Source of the DNA: Abditibacterium sp.
GTDB lineage: Bacteria; Armatimonadota; Abditibacteriia; Abditibacteriales; Abditibacteriaceae
DNA length: 64,000 bases
Direction of reading: 5' to 3'
Assembly: GCA_965246885.1 (NCBI GenBank)
Contig: OZ251992.1
Location: forward strand, 2,048,001-2,112,000
Shown here piece after piece: positions 36,998 through 45,438 of the stretch; positions within the stretch are counted from its first letter, which is position 1, and every line of letters starts with the position of its first letter. The notes below the pieces were generated by a model, which saw only the letters and a program-made list of their open reading frames with translations, ran no database searches and was not told where the DNA came from. The translations under genes and the position numbers were made by a program.

Positions 36998-38389
36998 GTG
37001 CGCCCGCGCGCTTTGCCCGTGAAAATTTCCGCTCCGCATGTCGTTAAGCCCCGCCACTCGTTGCGCCGCTTTTTGCTGGTGTGGTCGGCGGCCATTGGCG
37101 CGGCGTTTCTGCTTCTGGCGCTGGATGCGGGGACGGCGCTGGTGCGGCTCGACGGCGAAGCGCGGCGCAGTTTGAGCGACACGCGGCGCTTGCAATTGGA
37201 GCAGGAGTTCGAGTTGGCCGCGCTTGGAGCCAACCGTAAGCCCCACGCCGACTGGAGCCGCGCCGACGCCGCGTTAGAGCGCTTGAAGCGCGAAGAACCG
37301 GCACGGGGCGTCGTCCTAAAATTACTGGGCGAGCGCTACGAGCGCCTCAAAATCGCCTTCAACCCGGCCAATCCCGCCGGTGATGAGAGCGATTTCTTGG
37401 ACGCTTTTCGCGCCCTACGCGCCAGAGAATTGCAACGTACCAAAGCGCAAACCCGCGCGGATGAGGAGCAAGACCGCGTTTCGCGCTTGTCCATTCTCGC
37501 GCTGTCGGGCGTGGCGCTCGTGGGCCTAACGCTGGGAGGAGTGCGCTTGTGGACGCGCGTGTTTGAACCGACCATAGCCATCACCGCCGCCGCGCGGCGC
37601 TTCGAGGATGGCGACTTGGCGGCGCGCGTCCGGGTGCAGTATCCCGACGAACTGGGAGAGTTGGGCGCGACTTTCAACGATATGGCGGGCGCCCTACAAA
37701 CGCGCGAACACGAGAAACTGCGTTTTGTCGCGTCGGTCGCGCACGACCTCAAAACGCCCCTCGTCGTCGTGGGCGGCGCCGCGATGCTCTTGAGCGATCG
37801 CCCCGACCGCTTTTCTCCTGAAGAGCAAACGGAATGGCTGGGCCGCATCGCCCGCAACGCGCGCCGCATGGAAGCGATGATCGCCGACCTGACGGACGCC
37901 GTGCAAGGGCAAACCGGCACCCTGCAGTTGCGTTGCGCGCCGTGCGACCTCGCTGCCCTGTGGCGCGAGGCCGTCGAAGAGTGCGCCTTCTTGTTTCCCG
38001 ACCACACGCTCTGCTTCGAGGGCGCTTCCACCCTGACGCTGGACGGCGACGGCGCCCGTTTGGAGCGCGTGGCGGCCAACTTGCTTTCCAACGCGGCCAA
38101 GTATTCCGACCCCGACACGAGCATCGTCGCCCATCTCGAACGGCGCGACGGGTGGGCCATCGCCGAAGTGCGCGACCAAGGCGCGGGGATTTCGCCCGCC
38201 GACTTGAAGCGCCTCTTCGCGCCGTTCGTCCGCTTGGAAAGCACGCAGGACAAAGCCGCAGGAACGGGCTTGGGCTTGGCGACGGTGAAGAAGATCGTCG
38301 AAGCGCACGGCGGCTACTTGGAAGTCGAAAGCGCGGTCGCTGTTGGCTCCACCTTTCGCGTCTTCTTGCCCACCGACGCCGCGCCATGA
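36998..38389 (+). CDS. HAMP-domain sensor histidine kinase (no adjacent response regulator)
   Basis: 2 TM, HAMP (DELGELGATFNDM), H-box VAHDLKTPL, NLLSNAAKYS, D.G.GI, GTGLGL. Confidence 0.93.
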   Translation: MRPRALPVKISAPHVVKPRHSLRRFLLVWSAAIGAAFLLLALDAGTALVRLDGEARRSLSDTRRLQLEQEFELAALGANRKPHADWSRADAALERLKREEPARGVVLKLLGERYERLKIAFNPANPAGDESDFLDAFRALRARELQRTKAQTRADEEQDRVSRLSILALSGVALVGLTLGGVRLWTRVFEPTIAITAAARRFEDGDLAARVRVQYPDELGELGATFNDMAGALQTREHEKLRFVASVAHDLKTPLVVVGGAAMLLSDRPDRFSPEEQTEWLGRIARNARRMEAMIADLTDAVQGQTGTLQLRCAPCDLAALWREAVEECAFLFPDHTLCFEGASTLTLDGDGARLERVAANLLSNAAKYSDPDTSIVAHLERRDGWAIAEVRDQGAGISPADLKRLFAPFVRLESTQDKAAGTGLGLATVKKIVEAHGGYLEVESAVAVGSTFRVFLPTDAAP

Positions 38390-38961
38390 ACGACCTCTCT
38401 TTCCGCCCGGCGAACGTCGCCGATGCTTCTCTGCTTTACGCATGGCGGCAAGCGCCGCACGTCGCGCGCTGGTGGAACGTCGCGCCTTACGAGGCGAGCG
38501 ATGTCGCGGCAGTGGCGGCGGAGTTGGCGGGCGACGCGGCGCTGGAGGGGCACGAGTCGCTCGTTGTATTGCTCTATGACGTTCCGGTTGGCTACGTGCA
38601 AACGTATAACGCGGGCCGCGCGAGCGGCGACTGGTGGCCCGACGAGGGTGACGCGGTGCGCGGGCTGGACGTGCTCCTCGGCGAGGTTACACTGACAGGG
38701 CGCGGGTTGGGGCCGCGCATCGTTCGGGCGGTTTGCGCGCGGCTGTTCGAGGACGCGGGCGTCGAGAGCATCATCGTTGACCCGCACCCGGATAACGCGC
38801 GCTCGATTCGGGCCTTCGAGAAGGCGGGCTTCGCGGCGGAGAGCAGGCTGGCAACGCCCGACGGCGAGGCGTTGTTGATGCGACTCCGGCGCGCAACGAT
38901 GCCGCTTCAGCCGGAGGCAACGATCTTGAAAGTGCCGCCGCTATCACGGGCGATTTGTTGA
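38386..38961 (+). CDS. GNAT N-acetyltransferase (AAC(6')/siderophore-type)
   Basis: ATGA overlap with the kinase; W...PHV..WW, P.GY.Q.Y, GRGLG, DP.PDN.RSIRAFEKAGF. Confidence 0.85.
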   Translation: MNDLSFRPANVADASLLYAWRQAPHVARWWNVAPYEASDVAAVAAELAGDAALEGHESLVVLLYDVPVGYVQTYNAGRASGDWWPDEGDAVRGLDVLLGEVTLTGRGLGPRIVRAVCARLFEDAGVESIIVDPHPDNARSIRAFEKAGFAAESRLATPDGEALLMRLRRATMPLQPEATILKVPPLSRAIC

Positions 38962-40322
38962 AGCAAGGCAGTGGCCTCAAACTCTTCGTTTGGGGCGGGG
39001 TGTTCCGCATCGGGCGGGTTGTCGCCCTTAAGCCCTACCGTGTCTATCCTCGCGCCTCCGGTGTTCAGGGCGCGCACGAGCGCGCCCAGTTTAACGAAAT
39101 CCTGCACGCCATCAGTGGGCACGCCGTCGGTGACGAGCACGATGGTATTGACGCCGCGCATGCCGAACGCTTGGCGCATGGCGCGTTCGAGGTTGGTGCC
39201 GTCGTCGAGCGACATGGCATTTATCCACGCGTTGGCCTGCGCGATGTCGGCGGCGTTGGCGGGCACGAGCCGCTTCTTCCAGCGCCGCGCGGCGTGCGAT
39301 AGGGCGACAATGCCAAAGGTTTCGTCTGACCCCAAACCGCTCAACGCCTTGTGGAGTTCGCCCTTGGCACGCTCGATGCTTGGCTCCATGCTGAGCGAAA
39401 CGTCGAGGATGTATACGATATGACGCGGTGGCCCCCCGTCTTGACGCCCACCCACCCCGTAAGGGCCACCACCGCCAGGGCCGACACCATCACCACCGGG
39501 GCCGCCGTTATGACCTCCTCCGCCGTCTCCACCAGCGCCACCCTTGCGACCATCTCCGCCATTCCCACCGGGGCCGTTACCACCATCTCCGCCGTTTCCG
39601 CCGGGGCCGATTCCACCGGGGCCGCTACTTCCGCCGGGGCCGGGGCCTTTGTCACCGTCGGCGCCCGTTGCGCCGATATTTTTTCCGTCTCCTTCGCCGG
39701 GAGCCTTGTCGCTGGTGTGTCCAGAGTTCTCACCGGAGCCTTCTTTGTTGCCTTCTTTGGTTCCAGCGCCTTGAGTTAGGCCCGTCGCGGAACTGTTGGT
39801 AATGGTGGTGGGAAACGGTAACGGTGCTGCCGTTGAACGGGGCACCGGCGTTGCTTCTGGTGACGGTGTCGGATTGGACGTTTCGGAATGATTGGAAACC
39901 GGGCGCGGCGTCGGCGAGGTTTCGCGGCGCGGTTGGAAGTTGCGCGGAAACCGTTGCCGTTGGCGGGCGGGAGCCGTTGGAACCGGAACGGGAGTCGGGA
40001 GCGGCGCCACTGTGGGCGGGGGTGCAGGGACGGGCGTCGGCGGCGCGATGACAGGCGTGCGTCGGGGAGTGACGGGCGTCTGCCGAACGGTGCGGGGCGT
40101 CTGCCGATGAGTGACAGACGTCTGTCGAGGCGTGGCGGATGGTGCTAACGCGCGCAAGCTCACATGCATCAGCTTTTCCGGCGGCGCCGTTGCAGCGGGC
40201 GCGAAATGGGACAACGCCCACACCATTAGCCCGTGCAACAAGAGCGAACCCGCACCAATGCCCCACAACACATGAGAGGAGTTGCGACGGCGCCGCGAAG
40301 AGAGGAGGGGAGAAGAGCGCAT
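38907..40322 (-). CDS. TonB-like membrane-anchored Pro/Gly-rich protein with C-terminal vWA domain
   Basis: TM with SLLLH motif, long Pro-rich then Gly-rich linker, vWA MIDAS DVSLSM..GTNL..VTDG. Confidence 0.8.
   Translation of the reverse strand: MRSSPLLSSRRRRNSSHVLWGIGAGSLLLHGLMVWALSHFAPAATAPPEKLMHVSLRALAPSATPRQTSVTHRQTPRTVRQTPVTPRRTPVIAPPTPVPAPPPTVAPLPTPVPVPTAPARQRQRFPRNFQPRRETSPTPRPVSNHSETSNPTPSPEATPVPRSTAAPLPFPTTITNSSATGLTQGAGTKEGNKEGSGENSGHTSDKAPGEGDGKNIGATGADGDKGPGPGGSSGPGGIGPGGNGGDGGNGPGGNGGDGRKGGAGGDGGGGHNGGPGGDGVGPGGGGPYGVGGRQDGGPPRHIVYILDVSLSMEPSIERAKGELHKALSGLGSDETFGIVALSHAARRWKKRLVPANAADIAQANAWINAMSLDDGTNLERAMRQAFGMRGVNTIVLVTDGVPTDGVQDFVKLGALVRALNTGGARIDTVGLKGDNPPDAEHPAPNEEFEATALLQQIARDSGGTFKIVASG
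40043..40127 (-). repeat. In-frame 21-bp repeat units of the GACAGACGTCTGTC family inside the vWA gene
   Basis: Minus strand CGACAGACGTCTGTCACTCATCGGCAGACGCCCCGCACCG..; encodes RQTSVTH-RQTPRTV-RQTPVTP-RRTPVIA. Confidence 0.8.
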
Positions 40323-40334
40323 GGGAGGAGGCAG

Positions 40335-40793
40335 TTACGGCTTTGGAGGTGGCCCTTGAGGAAGGCGCGTGCCAAGCGCCACGCCCGACAAACCCGCTTG
40401 GCGGGCCAAGTCCATCACCCGCACGACGCGCGCATAAGGGATGCCTTCGTCTCCCTTAATCGTGACGCTCACTTGTGGATTTTGCCGCACGCGCGCACGC
40501 ATTTCGGCCAAAAGCGCCGCCTCGTTGCTCGGCTTGCCATCCACCATCAGCAGGTCATCGCGCGTTAAAACAATGGTTAAATCGCGCGCGTTTTGCGAGA
40601 GCGCCCCACCGCTTTTGGCGGGCGGCAGTTGCATCTTCAGCCCCGACTCTTTCACAAAAGCCGTCGTCGCCATGAAGATGATAAGCAACACTAAAATCAC
40701 GTCCACCAAAGGAATGATATTGATTTCGGCCATCGGTTGCGGGCGTCCGGCGCGGCGGGTCGTGCCGCGCACCCGCGCGTCATTCAGGCGCAT
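40335..40793 (-). CDS. exbD: Biopolymer transporter ExbD/TolR
   Basis: EINIIPLVDVILVLLIIFM, LP.A, I.GD..PY..VV.VMD.A..AG. Confidence 0.92.
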   Translation of the reverse strand: MRLNDARVRGTTRRAGRPQPMAEINIIPLVDVILVLLIIFMATTAFVKESGLKMQLPPAKSGGALSQNARDLTIVLTRDDLLMVDGKPSNEAALLAEMRARVRQNPQVSVTIKGDEGIPYARVVRVMDLARQAGLSGVALGTRLPQGPPPKP

Positions 40794-41454
40794 GAACCGC
40801 CTCCTCCGCTTTGGCCGCCGTGCGTGCCGCCGCGACAATGACGCGCTCCGTGACATCAAGCGCGTGCGCTTCTATTTCAGACGCGAGGGCATTGACGCGG
40901 GCGGAAAAGTAGTTATAAGCAACGACGGCGGGAATGGCGACGCCCAAGCCAAGGGCGGTCGAAGTCAAGGCTTCCGAGATGCCGCCTGCAATCACGCTCG
41001 CGCCGGTTTGCCCGGTTTGGGCGATGTCGCGGAACGCCGCCAAGATACCCAAGACGGTGCCGAACAACCCGACGTATGGCGCAGTCGAAGCGGCAGTCGC
41101 AAGGATGGGCAGGTTGTAACTGAGGGCTTCAATTTGCGCGCCCGCTTCGCCTGCTGTGGCTTCCCGTAGACGTGCCTCGCTCGATTGAAGGTGATCTAAA
41201 CCCACTGCCACAACAGCCGCGCTGGGCGCAAACGCTGCCTTGGCAAGAGCGCTTAAACTGAGCGCGTCGCGCTCATCAAACGCGGCGCGGATGAGGGGAA
41301 ACACGCGCCGCTCGGCCAACCGCACGCGGCGAAGCATCCAGATGCGCTCGCCAATGACACTCAGCGACGCGACCGAGAAGCCGATCAACACATAGCGCGC
41401 CGCCAGCACGCCCAACCCCGCGAAACCGCCGTGAGCGGCGAGCCAGTCAGTCAT
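40780..41454 (-). CDS. exbB: MotA/TolQ/ExbB proton channel
   Basis: LAT.ASTAPYVGLFGTVLGI..AF, GISEAL.STALGL.VAIPA...YN. Confidence 0.92.
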   Translation of the reverse strand: MTDWLAAHGGFAGLGVLAARYVLIGFSVASLSVIGERIWMLRRVRLAERRVFPLIRAAFDERDALSLSALAKAAFAPSAAVVAVGLDHLQSSEARLREATAGEAGAQIEALSYNLPILATAASTAPYVGLFGTVLGILAAFRDIAQTGQTGASVIAGGISEALTSTALGLGVAIPAVVAYNYFSARVNALASEIEAHALDVTERVIVAAARTAAKAEEAVHAPE

Positions 41455-41536
41455 AATTTCTGCCCTTGGGCGGGAAAGGGACGCTTATTTGGGGGAGAAG
41501 TTCTTGTGCGCTGTTTTCTACTGTGGGTCGCTTTTT

Positions 41537-41654
41537 GTGCCCAGCGACTGAAGTCGCGGGCAACCTACAGCCAATCCTCCCTGCGGAGGCTGCGCTTTCA
41601 GTCGGCGTGGGCCGACTTCGCCGAAGGTTGCCCGCGACTTCAGTCGCTGAGCAC
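41537..41654. repeat. REP-doublet (REPIN-like) palindromic element
   Basis: 30-bp inverted arms 41537-41566 and 41625-41654 (1 mismatch), each containing palindromic GCGACTGAAGTCGC; internal small hairpins. Confidence 0.85.
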
Positions 41655-41740
41655 GGGGAGAGGCAGACGAGTTTTTCCTTTTCCCGCCCGAAAAGTGAGG
41701 CGCGGCGCGGCGGGGGGCGTCAGACTTTGCCCTTGCTTCT

Positions 41741-43081
41741 ATGAAAAAAGCACTTGAACCTTTGATTTTGGGTTGGCGCGTGCCGGAACTGCGCGCCAAG
41801 ATGCTGTTCGTCCTGTCGGCCATCGTCCTTTATGTGATGGTGTTGCACATCCCGATTCCGGGCGCCAACACCGACGCGATGGAGAAGCTGTTCAATTCGA
41901 GCGGCGGCGTGCTGGGCTTTATTGATATGTTCGGCGGCGGCGCGCTGAAAAAGCTGTCCATCCTCGCGCTGGGCATCATGCCCTACATCACGTCGAGCAT
42001 CGTGTTTCAGATTCTCACCATCGCCTTTCCGTACTTTAAGGAGCTACAGCAGGAGGGCGAGTATGGGCGGCGCAAGATGGCGCAGTGGACGCGCTGGGCG
42101 GCGATTGGCCTCACCTTTTTGCAAGCGACCATTGCCACGCGCGCCTTCCAGTCGGCCTCATTCGGCATCCTACCGGCTGGGGGCCAAGCGTTCATTCAGT
42201 CAGTTTTGGCGCTCACGGCGGGGACGATGTTCCTGCTTTGGCTGGGCGAGCAGATCACTGCGCGTGGCATCGGTAACGGGATTTCGTTCATCATCTTCGC
42301 GGGCATCGTGGCGCGACTTCCCGCCAGTCTGGGCGAATTGATTCAGTTGGGCGCCATCATTCAGTTGGTGCTGATGCTGGCGATTTTTATCGGCACCATT
42401 TACGTGGTGATCACTGTCGTGCAAGGCGAGCGCCGCATCCCCGTCCGTTACGCGCCGCGTCAAGCGGGGCAACGCATGGTGCAAGGGCAACGTTCGTATT
42501 TGCCCCTGAAACTGGCGGCGGCGAACGTGATTCCAGTTATCTTCGCGGTCTCCATCGTCTTGTTCCCCGGCCAGATAGCGAACTGGTATTTGCAAGCGCA
42601 CAAGGGCGGCAACGACTTTTATTACCGCTTCGCCGAGACGGTCGGGCAGTTCTCCTCGGTCGGGAAAGGCTGGTATAGCGTGCCGGTCTCGCTCGCGTAT
42701 GCGGCGCTGGTCATGGCGTTCACTTACTTCTACACGGCGGTCATCTTCGACGTGCGCGACCTGTCGGACAACCTCAAGCGCGCGGGCGGGCAAATCCAAG
42801 GCTACGCGCCGGGCCGCCCGACCGAGCAGTACATCAACAAAGTCTTAACGCGCATTACTTTCGTCGGCGGCGTGTTCTTGGCGACCATCGCCCTGCTGCA
42901 ATGGTGGATTCCGACACTCTTGCAATTGCCGAATATGCAGGGCGGTGGCGGCAGCTTGTTGGTGGGCGGCACCTCGCTCCTCATCGTCGTCGGCGTGGCG
43001 CTGGAAATTATGCAGAACCTCGACCAACAACTCAAGATGCGGCAGTACGAGGGGTTCGCGAAGGGGAAAGGGAAGTTGTAA
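41741..43081 (+). CDS. secY: Preprotein translocase subunit SecY
   Basis: SILALGIMPYITSSI, WLGEQIT.RGIGNGIS, VIPVIFA, GGTSLLIVVGV. Confidence 0.97.
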   Translation: MKKALEPLILGWRVPELRAKMLFVLSAIVLYVMVLHIPIPGANTDAMEKLFNSSGGVLGFIDMFGGGALKKLSILALGIMPYITSSIVFQILTIAFPYFKELQQEGEYGRRKMAQWTRWAAIGLTFLQATIATRAFQSASFGILPAGGQAFIQSVLALTAGTMFLLWLGEQITARGIGNGISFIIFAGIVARLPASLGELIQLGAIIQLVLMLAIFIGTIYVVITVVQGERRIPVRYAPRQAGQRMVQGQRSYLPLKLAAANVIPVIFAVSIVLFPGQIANWYLQAHKGGNDFYYRFAETVGQFSSVGKGWYSVPVSLAYAALVMAFTYFYTAVIFDVRDLSDNLKRAGGQIQGYAPGRPTEQYINKVLTRITFVGGVFLATIALLQWWIPTLLQLPNMQGGGGSLLVGGTSLLIVVGVALEIMQNLDQQLKMRQYEGFAKGKGKL

Positions 43082-43093
43082 AGGGTAGAAGCA

Positions 43094-43507
43094 ATGCGCG
43101 CGCTTGTCACCTTCTCTTTTGTGCTGTTCATGGTGATAAGCGCGCTTTATCTTGTCCTTGCGTCCGTCGCCACTTGGTATTTTTGGCCGTTGGGGATTAT
43201 CCTCTTTCTGCTGTGGGGAGTGGTTGCCTTTCCTTTCGTGGGGGCGTTTTGCGTGGTGTGGATCGAGGACAAAAAGCCTCGCTTTACGCCGCTCGACCTC
43301 TACACGGAGAAGCGCCGTTACGTCTCGTGGAACTCCATTCACGGTTGGCCGCGCGGCGCGACGCTGTTCTACGAGTGCCTGAACTGCCACAAGACGCTCC
43401 CTTCTCAGCCGACCGGGGAAACGACTTGTCCGTGTGGGAACCTGTTCATTGGCCCGGAGCGCATTGGGGCGCAGAGTCCGGCGATGGTGCGATTGTTTGA
43501 GGAGTAA
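43094..43507 (+). CDS. Small membrane protein with C-terminal Cys4 zinc-ribbon-like motif (paralog 1)
   Basis: 2 TM, then GWPRG..YECLNC..CPCGNLFIGPE..VRLFEE. Confidence 0.75.
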   Translation: MRALVTFSFVLFMVISALYLVLASVATWYFWPLGIILFLLWGVVAFPFVGAFCVVWIEDKKPRFTPLDLYTEKRRYVSWNSIHGWPRGATLFYECLNCHKTLPSQPTGETTCPCGNLFIGPERIGAQSPAMVRLFEE

Positions 43508-43510
43508 CCC

Positions 43511-43873
43511 ATGTTGCGTTTGGCCGTCATTGCCCTCTTTTTCGTGCCGTTCGCCATATTTGTGGGGTGGCTCATCTTCGGAGCGATAGGCGTGTGGCGC
43601 GGGGAGATGGCGGAGCGGGCGGCGCCGACGGTGTTCAACCCGAACAGGGCGTACATCAACTGGCGTCCGCGCGACGGTTGGCCGCGCGGCCCGTTCTTGA
43701 ACTACGAGTGCGTGCTGTGCGGGGCGAGCGTGCCGTCCAAAACGGGCGCGGAGATGCGCTGCGAGTGCGGCAATCTGTTCGTCGGCCCGGAGCAGATAGG
43801 GGCGCGGGAGGAGGAGAAAGTGCGGTTATTTGAGGAGCGACCCGAAAACAATCCGAACCCGCTCGCGCGGTGA
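43511..43873 (+). CDS. Small membrane protein with C-terminal Cys4 zinc-ribbon-like motif (paralog 2)
   Basis: 1 TM, then GWPRG..YECVLC..CECGNLFVGPE..VRLFEE; GGAG RBS. Confidence 0.75.
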   Translation: MLRLAVIALFFVPFAIFVGWLIFGAIGVWRGEMAERAAPTVFNPNRAYINWRPRDGWPRGPFLNYECVLCGASVPSKTGAEMRCECGNLFVGPEQIGAREEEKVRLFEERPENNPNPLAR

Positions 43874-43902
43874 ACTGACCAGAGCGCGCTAAATTCTACG
43901 CC

Positions 43903-44541
43903 ATGCGATTGGTTTTGCTCGGCCCGCCCGGAAGCGGCAAAGGAACGCTCGCCAAGCCGTTGGCGGCGCACTTGGCCGTGCCGCACATTGCGACGGGCGA
44001 CCTATTTCGCGCCGAAATCGAAGCGGAAACGGAATTGGGTGTGTTGGCGAACGAATACATCTCGAACGGAAATTTGGTGCCCGACGAAGTGACCAACGAA
44101 CTGGCGCGTAAGCGTTTGAGCGAGGCCGACGCGAGCGGTTTCGTGTTGGATGGTTATCCGCGCACGCTCGACCAAGCGCGGGCGCTCGATGAGGCGCTTC
44201 AGGAGTTGAGCAGGCCCCTTGACGGGGCGGTTTTAATCGATGTGCCGGACGACAAAATCGTTGCGCGGGCAGTCGGACGGTTGCTTTGCCCGAACTGCGG
44301 CGCTATCTACCACTTGGTCAACAAGCCGCCTCAGGTCGCGGGCGTTTGCGACATCTGCCGGGGCATTTTGAAGACCCGCGACGACGATACGCCCTCGACC
44401 GTGCGGCACCGGCTGGCGGTTTACCATCGTATTACGCACCCCGTCTTGCGCTTCTATGAGGAGCAAGGAAAGCTGCGGACGGTGGATGGCGGGGGCACGC
44501 CGGAAGAAGTTCTGAAAAAAGTGCTTGCATTCTGGGGCTAA
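43903..44541 (+). CDS. adk: Adenylate kinase (zinc-lid type)
   Basis: GPPGSGKGT, GNLVPDE, LDGYPRT, CPNC..CDIC lid. Confidence 0.96.
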   Translation: MRLVLLGPPGSGKGTLAKPLAAHLAVPHIATGDLFRAEIEAETELGVLANEYISNGNLVPDEVTNELARKRLSEADASGFVLDGYPRTLDQARALDEALQELSRPLDGAVLIDVPDDKIVARAVGRLLCPNCGAIYHLVNKPPQVAGVCDICRGILKTRDDDTPSTVRHRLAVYHRITHPVLRFYEEQGKLRTVDGGGTPEEVLKKVLAFWG

Positions 44542-44553
44542 TCGTGGTATTAT
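44525..44553 (+). promoter_or_regulatory. Putative sigma70 promoter for the infA-rpmJ-alpha operon
   Basis: TTGCAT-N17-TATTAT with TGn extended -10, 33 bp before the infA ATG. Confidence 0.6.
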
Positions 44554-44586
44554 TATCCCCTTGGCGCAACTCCCGATTTAAGAATT

Positions 44587-44808
44587 ATGGCGAAAGATAA
44601 AGGTGTGGAAGTCGAAGGCCGCGTTGTCGAGACGCTGCCGAACGCGATGTTTCGCGTCAAGTTGAACGAAGGGGAACACATGGTGCTGGCCCACATATCG
44701 GGCCGGATGCGGCAGAACTACATCAAAATTCTGACCGGCGACCGCGTGCTGCTCGAACTCAACGTCAACGACCTCACTCGTGGGCGGATCCTCTACCGCT
44801 ACAAGTAA
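44587..44808 (+). CDS. infA: Translation initiation factor IF-1
   Basis: [26 protein letters not shown]. Confidence 0.98.
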   Translation: MAKDKGVEVEGRVVETLPNAMFRVKLNEGEHMVLAHISGRMRQNYIKILTGDRVLLELNVNDLTRGRILYRYK

Positions 44809-44856
44809 TCTTTCGTCCGTTCTTCCAAGGAAAGAGCACGTCAAGGACTTCTGAAT

Positions 44857-44973
44857 ATGCAAGTTCGAGCATCTGTCAAACCGCGCTGCGAACACTGCCG
44901 GGTTATTCGCCGACATGGGAAAGTGTTGGTGATCTGCAGCGCCGTCAAAAAACATAAACAACGGCAGGGTTAG
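44857..44973 (+). CDS. rpmJ: 50S ribosomal protein L36 (zinc-binding form)
   Basis: Manual translation [38 protein letters not shown]; below the ORF-track size cutoff. Confidence 0.97.
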   Translation: MQVRASVKPRCEHCRVIRRHGKVLVICSAVKKHKQRQG

Positions 44974-44979
44974 TTTTGA

Positions 44980-45054
44980 ACTCGGAATGGGGAAGTCGGA
45001 ACACGGAACAACTCCGCAGTCCGTTCTTCCGCGTTCCGACTTCCGATTTCCGAA
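44980..45054. repeat. Inverted 7-bp-period repeat hairpin between rpmJ and rpsM
   Basis: GGAAGTCGGAACACGGAA (44991-45008) vs TTCCGCGTTCCGACTTCC (45027-45044); (TTCCGnn)n heptamers. Confidence 0.75.
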
Positions 45055-45060
45055 TTTATC

Positions 45061-45435
45061 ATGGCACGTATTGCTGGCATTGACTTGCCCCGCGACAAGC
45101 GCATCGAAACGGCGCTGACTTACATCTACGGCATCGGCCCCGCTTTGGCGAAAGAAATCGTCGTCAAGGCGGAGTTGACGCACAACCCGCGCACGCGCGA
45201 ACTTTCCGACGCCGAAGGCGCCAAACTGCGCGAAATCATCGAAGCGGACTACCGCATCGAAGGCGATTTGCGTCGTATCGTCAACGCGGACATCCGCCGT
45301 TTGATGGAAATTCAAGCGTATCGCGGCATCCGCCATCGGCGCGGTCTGCCCGTTCGCGGTCAGCGCACCAAAACCAACGCCCGCACTCGCAAAGGCCCGC
45401 GCAAAACAGTGGGCGTCAAGAGGGGCAAAAAGTAA
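45061..45435 (+). CDS. rpsM: 30S ribosomal protein S13
   Basis: [35 protein letters not shown]. Confidence 0.98.
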   Translation: MARIAGIDLPRDKRIETALTYIYGIGPALAKEIVVKAELTHNPRTRELSDAEGAKLREIIEADYRIEGDLRRIVNADIRRLMEIQAYRGIRHRRGLPVRGQRTKTNARTRKGPRKTVGVKRGKK

Positions 45436-45438
45436 GCT

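Noticed and set aside
37834..38385. 5' extension of the GNAT ORF
   Set aside because: Out-of-frame overlap with the histidine kinase; ATG 38386 gives a typical GNAT.
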